Shown here one piece after another: positions 25,520 through 36,494 of a stretch of DNA of 50,892 nucleotides. The position numbers and the translations under genes are program-made. Location of the stretch: contig NIVC01004311.1 in NCBI GenBank assembly GCA_002269645.1, positions 1 to 50,892 on the forward strand. The letters are read 5' to 3'. Each line of letters opens with the position of its first letter. Position 1 is the first letter of the stretch. This DNA comes from Macrostomum lignano (lineage: Eukaryota). The notes beneath the pieces are model-generated. The model searched no databases. It was not told the origin of the DNA and saw only the letters and a list, made by a program, of their open reading frames with translations.

Positions 25520-27917
25520 ACATCTATCAGTCTCGAATATAGTCACCCGTCAATCTCATATAGGCATCTATCAGTCTCGAATATAGTCACCCGTCAATCT
25601 CATATAGGCATCTATCAGTCTCGGAAATATATACTCGTGCATCTATCACAGCAGGATATAGACATCCATCAGAGCAGGATATAGACACCATTAGAGCAGG
25701 ATATTGACATCCGTCAGAGCAGGATATAGACATCCATCAGAGCAGGATATAGACACCATTAGAGCAGGATATTGACATCCGTCAGAGCAGGATATAGACA
25801 TCCATCAGAGCAGGATATAAACATCGATTAGAGCAGGATATATAGACATTCATCAGAGCAGGATATAGACACCATTAGAGCAGGATATTGACAACCGTCA
25901 GAGCAGGATATAGACATCCATCAGAGCAGGATATAAACATCGATTAGAGCAGGATATATAGACATTCATCAGAGCAGGATATAGACACCATTAGAGCAGG
26001 ATATTGACAACCGTCAGAGCAGGATATAGACATCCATCAGAGCAGGATATAAACATCGATTAGAGCAGGATATATAGACATTCATCAGAGCAGGATATAG
26101 ACACCATTTAGAGTAGGATATTGACATCCGTCAGAGCAGGATATAGACATTGATCAGAGCAGGATATAAACATCGATTAGAGCAGGATATTGACATCCGT
26201 CAGAGCAGGATATAGACATCCATCAGAGCAGGATATAAACATCGATTAGAGCAGGATATAGACATTCATCAGAGCAGGATATAGACACCATTAGAGCAGG
26301 ATATTGACATCCATCAGAGCAGGATATAGACATCCGTCAGAGCAGAATATAGACATTGATCAGAGCAGGATATAAACATCGATTAGAGCAGGATATAGAC
26401 ATTCATTAGAGCAGGATATAAACATCGATTAGAGCAGGATATTGACATCCATCAGAGCAGGATATAGACATCCGTCAGAGCAGGATATAGACATCCATCA
26501 GAGCAGGATATAAACATCGATTAGAGCAGGATATAGACATTCATCAGAGCAGGATATAGACACCATTAGAGCAGGATATTGACATCCATCAGAGCAGGAT
26601 AAAGACATCCGTCAAAGCAGGATATAGACACTGATCAGAGCAGGATATAAACATCGATTAGAGCAGGATATAGACATTCATCAGAGCAGGATCTAGACAC
26701 CATTAGAGCAGGATATAGACATTCATCAGAGCAGGATCTAGACACCATTAGAGCAGGATATTGACATCCATCAGAACAGGATATAAACATCGATTAGAGC
26801 AGGATATAGACATTCATCAGAGCAGGATATAGACACCATTAGAGCAGGATATTGACATCCATCAGAGCAGGATATAGACATCCGTCAGAGCAGGATATAG
26901 ACATTGATCAGAGCAGGATATAAACATCGATTAGAGCAGGATATAGACATTCATCAGAGCAGGATATAGACACCATTAGAGCAGGATATTGACATCCATC
27001 AGAGCAGGATATAGACATCCGTCAGAGCAGGATATAGACATCCATCAGAGCAGGATATAAACATCGATTAGAGCAGGATATAGACATTCATCAGAGCAGG
27101 ATATAGACACCATTAGAGCAGGATATTGACATCCATCAGAGCAGGATATAGACATCCGTCAGAGCAGGATATAGACATTGATCAGAGCAGGATATAAACA
27201 TCGATTAGAGCAGGATACAGACATTCATTAGAGCAGGATATAAACATCGATTAGAGCAGGATATTGACATCCATCAGAGCAGGATATAGACATCCGTCAG
27301 AGCAGGATATAGACATCCATCAGAGCAGGATATAAACATCGATTAGAGCAGGATATAGACATTCATCAGAGCAGGATATAGACACCATTAGAGCAGGATA
27401 TTGACATCCATCAGAGCAGGATATAGACATCCGTCAAAGCAGGATATAGACACTGATCAGAGCAGGATATAAACATCGATTAGAGCAGGATATAGACATT
27501 CATCAGAGCAGGATCTAGACACCATTAGAGCAGGATATTGACATCCATCAGAACAGGATATAAACATCGATTAGAGCAGGATATAGACATTCATCAGAGC
27601 AGGATATAGACACCATTAGAGCAGGATATTGACATCCATCAGAGCAGGATATAGACATCCATCAGAGCAGGATATAGATATCGATCAGAGCAGGATATAG
27701 ACATCCATCAGAGCAGGATATTGACATCCATCAGAGCAGGATATAGACACCATTAGAGCAGGATATAGATATCGATCAGAGTAGGATATAGACATCCATC
27801 AGAGCAGGATATAAAACATCGATTAGAGCAGGATATCGACATCTGTCAGAGCAGGATATAGACATCCATCAGAGCAGGATATAGACATCCATCAGAGCAG
27901 GATATAGACATCCATCA
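25520..27917. repeat. 22-23-bp minisatellite (AGAGCAGGATATAGACATCCATC and variants), about 2.3 kb
   Basis: Invariant AGAGCAGGATA core with several recurring variant tails. It is preceded by two longer related units at about 25520-25620. Confidence 0.97.
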
Positions 27918-29329
27918 GTATAATATCTATCAGTTTCAAATGGCATATTTCAGATACAGATTGTCTCAAGAGTGTCTTGTCAATTGCTCTGTCAAGCACT
28001 GCATTACAACTGGAATGCAGGCAGAACAGAAAATAGAAACTATAGCAGTTGGGCACGCACCTAATTAAAAAATTACCGAACCGCTAATTATAAAAACGAA
28101 GCCATGCTGCAATAAATACGGATAACAGCCTTATCGGTAGGTATAATTATATATATAGGCCTCGAGTCATACAGCCAACCGCTAAATTATCTTTACGACT
28201 GTGACTGAATAGAAATGAATAAGCCAGCAGAGTAAAGCATATAAAGATAATTTATTGTGCCACAGAGAGAGACTTTATATATTGTTCAATTGATATAATA
28301 TAATAAAAGGAATGTGCGACTATGCAGTTATATTTTTGTCCATAAATGACGTGGTTGAACGAGTTTTAAATTGGCAGACAAGTTATTAAAACACAATTTT
28401 AATAAATGAAATTTTATGAGGCAATTTCTAGAATTAACGCAAGCAAGTGGACGCTTAGCACATCAGATCGCTTTAAAAAGTAAATTTATTTGACAACTAA
28501 TGTCCTAACTATGCTACTCAAAGCATTGTCTGTCAGTAGTATAAGAGCGGACACAATCGATTCAGCATTTTTGTCAACAATAGTAAAAAACCTGACACAC
28601 ATAATAAAACCTTTAAAACCATATGTGCAGTTTTCTATGAAGCAAAAAACGAAGATTCACACAAAAACAGAAAAAATTGCAGGAGTCAGAGAAAAAGAGA
28701 GAAAGTGACTGGAATGCAGGGATAGTTTGACTAACATAGAATTGATTAATAAGCAGTTTGAGATTATAAAAACACGTGTCCACAGTACACTACTCACCCC
28801 GACAGTAGGTAAGTAGTGCAATCCAACATAAATAAACGCGGGAGGCACAGCCATCTAAGCGGGATAAAAAGTGTTGTATAAAACGGAGATCGTATTGCAA
28901 TTGGTTTACGTAAAACTAGGGAAAAATCAGACAACAATTGCACAACAGCTCACATAAAACGCTACTTAATCAGTAATATATATATATAGTGTACAGTTTG
29001 GACAATAAGAGGTAACAAACTCAGATTATTAGTACATATATACATTGAGACACTAGAACTGACTTATCCGACGCATATGATATTAAACTACTGCCAACTC
29101 AGTAGTATATAAATTTCTGCAAGTACTTCAAAAAGCCCCGGCAAGGCAGTAAGAATTGACTAGAGCATCGAAAAGTGACGAAGCAACTTTCCTATGCTTG
29201 TACTTATTCAATGCTTGCCATTTCAGTTGCAACTAACCTGCTAAACACTGGGAAAGACGCACAAAAAAGATACAAAAAGGTGACGCTACACATCAAGTCT
29301 TTAGCTAAAAGCTTCAGTTGGGTTGCTAA

Positions 29330-29450
29330 TCACACAACCAGGTGATTCAGCATGCGCTCAGGATCCAGTGCAGTGTACAGGTACACCGGGTCGCGGTTGC
29401 TGTTGCGCGATTTGATGCTGGCGCTGGCGGCCGCCAATTCCTCCTTGAAC
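29330..29450 (-). CDS. Lipoxygenase-like protein, exon 6 (C-terminus)
   Basis: CTAATATTCCCAG|G acceptor, phase 2. Reads (E)FKEELAAASASIKSRNSNRDPVYLYTALDPERMLNHLVV*, matching the LOX C-terminal pattern I..RN....PY.YL.P..I.NS..I. Confidence 0.85.
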
Positions 29451-29531
29451 CTGGGAATATTAGCGGTGGCGGGTTCCATTTTTTTCTTGACTGTCTTCGC
29501 TCCTAATCTTTGCTCTACCATGTAAAGTAAG

Positions 29532-29710
29532 TAATGTAATCAGCCATTAGTGAGTCGTCAAGCCAAAAGGTGCAAGAAGGCACAGCGGCAGTGACTCGTG
29601 GAGAAGGCCGATCTCACGCGTTCTGTAGACTCGCGCTGACCCCAGACTGCTATGCTGTTGCACAATATTGGAATTATACACAGAGCGGACCGGCAACACT
29701 GGCGAGTCAG
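29532..29710 (-). ncRNA. Box H/ACA snoRNA, copy 1 of 11 (intronic)
   Basis: Hairpin-H box (ACAGAA)-hairpin-ACA+3 nt. Pockets complementary to 18S rRNA UUGAC-U-C-AACAC and UUAGU-U-G-GUGGAG. ACA box about 85 nt from the 3' splice site. Confidence 0.85.
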
Positions 29711-30036
29711 CAAACAAACTGCCTGTTGCTAAAGCACTAGATACTTTGCATTTGTCAGGCATTTTTAATGCACTTGATCACTAAAAAAGTGCTTTTGTAA
29801 GTTGTAATTTGGTAAATATCTTCACCTGACATTATGCAGCCTAATTTTAACTAACTCGTAGTTTAATCATTTTAAAGTGACTTCCCATAGTTATTAAAGG
29901 CACAAACCAAGAACGCACTAAAGTCTATTAAGTTGTAGGCGAGCCAAGAACTGTTTAAATATTAACTAGAGTCTTTGTTTAACGACTGGTTAAACCCTAT
30001 TTGGTCCTTGATATACTGATTACTAAAAAGATATCA

Positions 30037-30215
30037 GACTGTAATCAGCCGTTAGTGAGTCGTCAAGCCAAAAGGTGCAAGAAGGCACAGCGGCAGTGAC
30101 TCGTGGAGAAGGCCGATCTCACGCGTTCTGTAGACTCGCGTTGACCCCAGACTGCTATGCTGTTGCACAATAATGGATTTGTGCACAGAGCGGACCGGCA
30201 ACACTGGCGAGTCAG
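30037..30215 (-). ncRNA. Box H/ACA snoRNA, copy 2 of 11
   Basis: 179-nt unit. Stems GACTCGC/GCGAGTC and ATCGGCC/GGCTGAT, H box ACAGAA, terminal ACAGTC. Confidence 0.87.
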
Positions 30216-30571
30216 AGACTATCATTGACTAGCCCGTCTGTCCAATAGCTACATCACTGTTTCGCTGAGGTACATTTTGCATGCCTTTGATCACTACACA
30301 TGTGGCTTGTTTAGTATCTTGAGAGTGTCTTTATTTGTAATCGGATTTGTCAAGTTCAAAAAAGGCCTCTACAAGTCACATCAAACGTTTTGCTTGAATT
30401 CAAAGCTTACGATATGTATTTGGACAAAAGATGAGCTAATTGCAAACTTATTTATCATTTTAAGGTGGTAATCAAGTCGTGGACCGCTTACATATTAATT
30501 TGAGTCAATGTTTAACGACTAGTCGAATCTTCGTTTGGTCCGTGCCATAAATTATTGCTAAAACAATATCA

Positions 30572-30750
30572 GACTGTAATCAGCCATTAGTGAGTCGTCA
30601 AGCCAAAAGGTGCAGGGAGGCATAGCGGCAGTGACTCGTGGAGAAGGCCGATCTCACGCGTTCTGTAGACTCGCGTTGACCTCAGACTGCTATGCTGTTG
30701 CACATCAATGAAATTATGCACAGAGCGGACCGGCAACACTGGCGAGTCAG
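30572..30750 (-). ncRNA. Box H/ACA snoRNA, copy 3 of 11
   Basis: Same unit with apical-loop variants. Confidence 0.85.
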
Positions 30751-31205
30751 CAGCATAAGTAACCAATGGTGTATAAGCCAATGCTACGCGGATGACTGCC
30801 TGGTAATCTTATTGCATAATGGGCGTTTTGTCACTATTAAAATGATCCATTGCTCCGCAAGACACCTTTCTTTAGACACTACATGGCATACAAGGATTTA
30901 TCTGTAATTATCTTTGCTTCTTTATTACCAGTAGAACATTTATCACTTAACAGCCCTAACAACAATATCTGGAAGGTTGTGGACACTCTGGTGCAACGGT
31001 ATCGGCGACATCGTCTCACAACCAGCGCTGAGGCAATTCTGTCCATCCTGTGGTCTTCAGAAAGCATGCTCATACAAGGTGTACACTGTACATCGACTCC
31101 GACCTTCTAATCCTCAAACATCTACACTCTGTGTCTTGGGTTGGCTCTCATGGGTGAATCGTAAGATAGCTACGGGAAATTTTCTGTGTAAAAGCAACAA
31201 ATGAA

Positions 31206-31278
31206 TGCGGTCGCGCATGGAGTCGAACTAGGAGTTTGGCAAGAGAGTAAGACGCGTTTACCGCTGAGCAACTCCGCA
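31206..31278 (-). other. Degenerate tRNA-like sequence (tRNA pseudogene or SINE head) inside a snoRNA spacer
   Basis: 73 nt, TGCGGAGTTGCTCAGCGGTAAACGCG...TAGTTCGACTCCATGCGCGACCGCA. Has an A-box-like TTGCTCAGCGG, a B-box GTTCGACTC and terminal TGCGG/CCGCA pairing. D and anticodon stems do not pair well. Confidence 0.55.
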
Positions 31279-31408
31279 TCGTACCTAATTACCAGCCTTA
31301 AAGTCTAATGCAGTTTCGAGAAATTACTATTCGTTTTTCAATTCTTTCAACCTAATCACCAAAGAAATATAATATGAAAATGGCAATTAACCATTCTCAA
31401 AAACAACA

Positions 31409-31587
31409 GATTGTAATCAGCCGTTAGTGAGTCGACAAGCCAAAAGGTGCAAGAAGGCACAGCGGCAGTGACTCGTGGAGAAGGCCGATCTCACGCGTTC
31501 TGTAGACTCGCGTTGACCCCAGACTGCTATGCTGTTGCACAATAATGGATTTGTGCACAGAGCGGACCGGCAACACTGGCGAGTCAG
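31409..31587 (-). ncRNA. Box H/ACA snoRNA, copy 4 of 11
   Basis: Same unit; boxes and both pockets intact. Confidence 0.85.
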
Positions 31588-31943
31588 AGACTATCATTGA
31601 CTAGCCCGTCTGTCCAATAGCTACATCACTGTTTCGCTGAGGTACATTTTGCATGCCTTTGATCACTACACATGTGGCTTGTTTGGTATCTTGAGAGTGT
31701 CTTTATTTGTAATCGGATTTGTCAAGTTCAAAAAAGGCCTCTACAAGTCACATCAAACGTTTTGATTGAATTCAAAGCTTACGATATGTATTTGGACAAA
31801 AGATGAGCTAATTGCAAACTTATTTATCATTTTAAGGTGGTAATCAAGTCGTGGACCGCTTACATATTAATTTGAGTCAATGTTTAACGACTAGTCGAAT
31901 CTTCGTTTGGTCCGTGCCATAAATTATTGCTAAAACAATATCA

Positions 31944-32122
31944 GACTGTAATCAGCCATTAGTGAGTCGTCAAGCCAAAAGGTGCAAGGAGGCATAGCGG
32001 CAGTGACTCGTGGAGAAGGCCGATCTCACGCGTTCTGTAGACTCGCGTTGACCCCAGACTGCTATGCTGTTGCACATCAATGAAATTATGCACAGAGCGG
32101 ACCGGCAACACTGGCGAGTCAG
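31944..32122 (-). ncRNA. Box H/ACA snoRNA, copy 5 of 11
   Basis: Same unit, copy-3-type variant. Confidence 0.85.
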
Positions 32123-32447
32123 CAAACAAACTGCCTGTCTGCTAAAGCACTAAAATGTATTGTTCAGGCACTTTTCATGCCTTGTATCACGACAAGAGTG
32201 CTTTTGCCCGTTGTAAGTTCGTGGATATCTTTACCTGACATTATGCAGCCTAATTTTAACTTACTCGTAGTTTAACCATTTTAAGTGACTTTCGCATAAT
32301 TATTAGACCACCAACCAAGAACGCATTAAGGCCTATTAAGTTGTAGGCGAGTCAAGAACTGTTTAAATATTAACTAGAGTCTTTGTTTTACAGCAGGTTA
32401 CAGCATTATTTGGTTTTTGTCATACTGATTACTAAAAAGATTTCAGA

Positions 32448-32626
32448 GACTGTAATCAGCCGTTAGTGAGTCGTCAAGCCAAAAGGTGCAAGGAGGCACA
32501 GCGGCAGTGACTCGTGGAGAAGGCCGATCTCACGCGTTCTGTAGACTCGCGTTGACCCCAGACTGCTATGCTGTTGCGCAATAATGAAATTGTGCACAGA
32601 GCGGACCGGCAACACTGGCGAGTCAG
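32448..32626 (-). ncRNA. Box H/ACA snoRNA, copy 6 of 11
   Basis: Same unit; one mismatch in the apical stem of hairpin 1. Confidence 0.85.
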
Positions 32627-32919
32627 CAAACAAACTGCCTGTTGCGCACTTCTCAGGAATTCTTAATGCACAGGATCACTACAAAAGTGCTTTTGTCTAT
32701 TTAAGCTTGTATATATCTTTATCTGGCATTATGCGGGTTAATTTTCATTTAGTTAATTCAATTAAGAGTGATTCTTGCTTATCTACGAGTATTAGGGATC
32801 TAACTGCTAACTTGCATCAAGTGATGGACTGTTTAGAAAATGATCCAAGTCATTGTTTAATGACTGGTTAAATATTCGGTTGGTCCTCGCCGTAAGAATA
32901 TTGCTAAAACAATATCAGA

Positions 32920-33098
32920 GACTGTAATCAGCCGTTAGTGAGTCGTCATGCCAAAAGGTGCAAGAAGGCACGGCGGCAGTGACTCGTGGAGAAGGCCGAT
33001 CTCACGCGTTTTGTAGACTCGCGTTGACCCCAGACTGCTATGCTGTTGCACAATAATGGATTTGTGCACAGAGCGGACCGGCAACACTGGCGAGTCAG
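32920..33098 (-). ncRNA. Box H/ACA snoRNA, copy 7 of 11
   Basis: Same unit; H box is ACAAAA, still ANANNA. Confidence 0.85.
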
Positions 33099-33445
33099 AG
33101 ACTAACATTAATTAACCTTTCTGCTGAAAATCTACTCCATCATTGTACAGATATCTCTATTTGTCATCATACAGGTTAACTTCCAATTTCCATATACATT
33201 CAATAGAACTGCTTTTATTTGAAAGTGCAGAGACGTTCAAGTTACATCAAAGGTCCTAAGTCAATTCGAAGCTTACTGATATATGCGCTCGTATTTAGAC
33301 AAAAGCGATGCCAATTCAAAAGTTGTTTGTCCTTTTGAAGTTGTAATCTAGTCAGACTGTTTGGATATTAATCTGAGTCACAGTGTACCGACTAGAAAAA
33401 TCTGTTTGGTCCTGCCGTACTATTTATTACCAACAATATAGATCA

Positions 33446-33624
33446 GACTGTAATCAGCCGTTAGTGAGACGTCAAGCCAAAAGGTGCAAGAAGGCACAGC
33501 GGCAGCGACTCGTGGAGAAGGCCGATCTCACGCGTTCTGTAGACTCGCGTTGACCCCAGACTGCTATGCTGTTGCACAATAATGAAATTGTGCACAGAGC
33601 GGACCGGCAACACTGGCGAGTCAG
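33446..33624 (-). ncRNA. Box H/ACA snoRNA, copy 8 of 11
   Basis: Same unit; substitutions in the upper stem of hairpin 2. Confidence 0.82.
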
Positions 33625-33945
33625 CAAACAAACTGCCTGTTGCTAAAGCACCAGAGATGTTGCACTTCTCAGGCATTCTTAATGCACTGGATCACTACTG
33701 TACAAAAGTGATTTTATAATTTTGTAAATATCTTTACCTGACATTATGTTGCTTAATTTTACACTAGTAACTTACTCGTAGTTAATCATTTTAAAGTGAC
33801 TTTCGCATAGTTATTACCAAGAATGCATTAAGGTCTATTAAGTTGTAGTCGAGCCAAGAACTGTTTAAATATAACTAGAGTCTTTGTTTCACGACTGGTT
33901 AAACCCTATTTGGTCCTTGATTTACTGATTACTAAGAAGATATCT

Positions 33946-34124
33946 GACTGTAATCAGCCGTTAGTGAGTCGTCAAGCCAAAAGGTGCAAGAAGGCACAGC
34001 GGCAGTGACTCGTGGAGAAGGCCGATCTCACGCGTTCTGTAGACTCGCGTTGACCCCAGACTGCTATGCTGTTGCACAATAATGGATTTGTGCACAGAGC
34101 GGACCGGCAACACTGGCGAGTCAG
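33946..34124 (-). ncRNA. Box H/ACA snoRNA, copy 9 of 11
   Basis: Same unit as copy 2. Confidence 0.87.
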
Positions 34125-34480
34125 AGACTATCATTGACTAGCCCGTCTGTCCAATAGCTACATCACTGTTTCGCTGAGGTACATTTTGCATGCCTTTGAT
34201 CACTACACATGTGGCTTGTTTAGTATCTTGAGAGTGTCTTTATTTGTAATCGGATTTGTCAAGTTCAAAAAAGGCCTCTACAAGTCACATCAAACGTTTT
34301 GCTTGAATTCAAAGCTTACGATATGTATTTGGACAAAAGATGAGCTAATTGCAAACTTATTTATCATTTTAAGGTGGTAATCAAGTCGTGGACCGCTTAC
34401 ATATTAATTTGAGTCAATGTTTAACGACTAGTCGAATCTTCGTTTGGTCCGTGCCATAAATTATTGCTAAAACAATATCA

Positions 34481-34659
34481 GACTGTAATCAGCCATTAGT
34501 GAGTCGTCAAGCCAAAAGGTGCAAGGAGGCATAGCGGCAGTGACTCGTGGAGAAGGCCGATCTCACGCGTTCTGTAGACTCGCGTTGACCCCAGACTGCT
34601 ATGCTGTTGCACATCAATGAAATTATGCACAGAGCGGACCGGCAACACTGGCGAGTCAG
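34481..34659 (-). ncRNA. Box H/ACA snoRNA, copy 10 of 11
   Basis: Same unit as copy 5. Confidence 0.85.
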
Positions 34660-34984
34660 CAAACAAACTGCCTGTCTGCTAAAGCACTAAAATGTATTGT
34701 TCAGGCACTTTTCATGCCTTGTATCACGACAAGAGTGCTTTTGCCCGTTGTAAGTTCGTGGATATCTTTACCTGACATTATGCAGCCTAATTTTAACTTA
34801 CTCGTAGTTTAACCATTTTAAGTGACTTTCGCATAATTATTAGACCACCAACCAAGAACGCATTAAGGCCTATTAAGTTGTAGGCGAGTCAAGAACTGTT
34901 TAAATATTAACTAGAGTCTTTGTTTTACAGCAGGTTACAGCATTATTTGGTTTTTGTCATACTGATTACTAAAAAGATTTCAGA

Positions 34985-35163
34985 GACTGTAATCAGCCGT
35001 TAGTGAGTCGTCAAGCCAAAAGGTGCAAGGAGGCACAGCGGCAGTGACTCGTGGAGAAGGCCAATCTCACGCGTTCTGTAGACTCGCGTTGACCCCAGAC
35101 TGCTATGCTGTTGCACAATAATGGAATTGTGCACAGAGCGGACCAGCAACACTGGCGAGTCAA
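34985..35163 (-). ncRNA. Box H/ACA snoRNA, copy 11 of 11
   Basis: Same unit; two stem C>U changes retain G-U wobble pairing. Confidence 0.85.
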
Positions 35164-35295
35164 TAAACCTATGAAACCATACTGAATTGTCGAATGCTTT
35201 TAACCGGGTGAAAAATGAATCCTTATTTCGTAGTGCGTAAATTGATGTGAGTAATTTATCAGTCTGAGAAACACAACAGCAGAATAAAAACTCAC

Positions 35296-35459
35296 TCTTG
35301 CAGCATCCTGACGGCCGCTGGATCGTGGTTCAGCTGCAGCTCGTACTCGCCAAGCCGGCTGCCTCGCTGGCGCTGGCACAGGCGAAAGGACAGCAGCGTG
35401 TCTAGGAATTCCCGCTTGCAGGGCAGCGTCTGGAGGCTCTCGTCTAGAGCCAGGTCCTC
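35296..35459 (-). CDS. Lipoxygenase-like protein, exon 5
   Basis: CGCAG|GAG acceptor (phase 0). Reads EDLALDESLQTLPCKREFLDTLLSFRLCQRQRGSRLGEYELQLNHDPAAVRMLQ. Donor GA|GTGAGT (phase 2). This frame is not in the ORF track. Confidence 0.85.
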
Positions 35460-35589
35460 CTGCGATGTTTTTGGGTGAATCCAGGTGAAGCAATAATAAT
35501 TTAATACATTTAATAATCCGGAATAATTACCTTTCTAAACTGACACACAACCCATCTTACTAAACCTGACAACAACCATAGCAATCCTG

Positions 35590-35928
35590 CCCAACCAACA
35601 CCCATCCCAACAATCCCCAACCAACACCCATCCCAACAATCCCCACCAACACCCACTCCAACAATCCCCCAACCAACACCCACTCCAACAATCCCCCAAT
35701 CGACAGCCACTCCAACAATCCCCCAACCAACACCCATCCCAACAATCCCCAATCAACACCCACTCCAACAATTCCCCAACCAACACCCACCCCCAACAAT
35801 CCCCCAACCAACACCCATCCCAACAATCCCCAACCAACACCCACTCCAACAATCCCCAACCAACACCCACTCCAACAATCCCCCAACCAACCCCCACCCC
35901 CAACACTCCCCAACCAACACCCACCCAA
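35590..35928. repeat. About 27-bp C/A-rich minisatellite (CCAACAATCCCCAACCAACACCCACT) in LOX intron 4
   Basis: About 12 degenerate direct copies. Confidence 0.92.
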
Positions 35929-35974
35929 ACAGTGCCGCCTCAGCTCTAAATACAGGCAACAAGGCGAAACTCAC

Positions 35975-36326
35975 GGCAGGATCCTGCGGCAGGCAGCCGT
36001 GCAGGGCCAGGGGATAATTAGGCGCGAATCCGTACTCGTCAAACTGGGGATTCCAGGCGGCGGAGCCCTGCACGCAGATCATAAACAGGAAGTTGGTTAT
36101 CAGCGACACCAACTCGTCTACGTGTTGAATGCCATTTTTGCCGGGCAGACCTTTGAGTCCGAGGCCGCCCTTCTCTAACGGGTTGGTCATTTCAACCCAC
36201 CAGGCCTGCAGTTCGATGTCTTCCATTAGTCGGCGCTTCATCGCCTCCATAGGGTTGGCGTAGTAGTGACGGGACAGGCGGTCGCTGTAGCCGTTGATCA
36301 CTTTGTGGAGCAGCATGGCGTCTTCG
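35975..36326 (-). CDS. Lipoxygenase-like protein, exon 4
   Basis: ACGCCAG|C acceptor (phase 2). Reads EDAMLLHKVINGYSDRLSRHYY...DIELQAWWVEMT...KGLP...NPQFDEYGFAPNYPLALHG. Donor GCC|GTGAGT (phase 0). Confidence 0.9.
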
Positions 36327-36494
36327 CTGGCGTTTCGGGCAAGGATTGGGATGGGTTTCATGAAATTGGTGCATATCTGCAGCTGCTGGAATGAGTGTTC
36401 ACCGACACATTTTCTCTAATGTCGGGGGAGGTGTCATATTTCGACAGATCAGTTCAACAGACTCTTTCACAACTGCGAAACTTCAAATCTTCGC

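Noticed and set aside
29547-34380. Short recurrent ORFs (…ADSPVLPVRSV…; MHAFDHYTCG…)
   Set aside because: They are translations of the duplicated snoRNA units and spacers. They use non-ATG starts, vary in length between copies and lack splice or domain support.
29532-35163. Repeat-spacer layout resembling a CRISPR array or a satellite
   Set aside because: Repeats are 179 nt and spacers are hundreds of nt and homologous to each other. There are no cas genes and the context is a eukaryotic intron. The H/ACA fold explains the conservation.
35200-35493. 97-aa ORF-track protein MLHLDSPK…
   Set aside because: Wrong frame. The real LOX exon 5 lies in another frame between the splice sites at 35459 and 35296.
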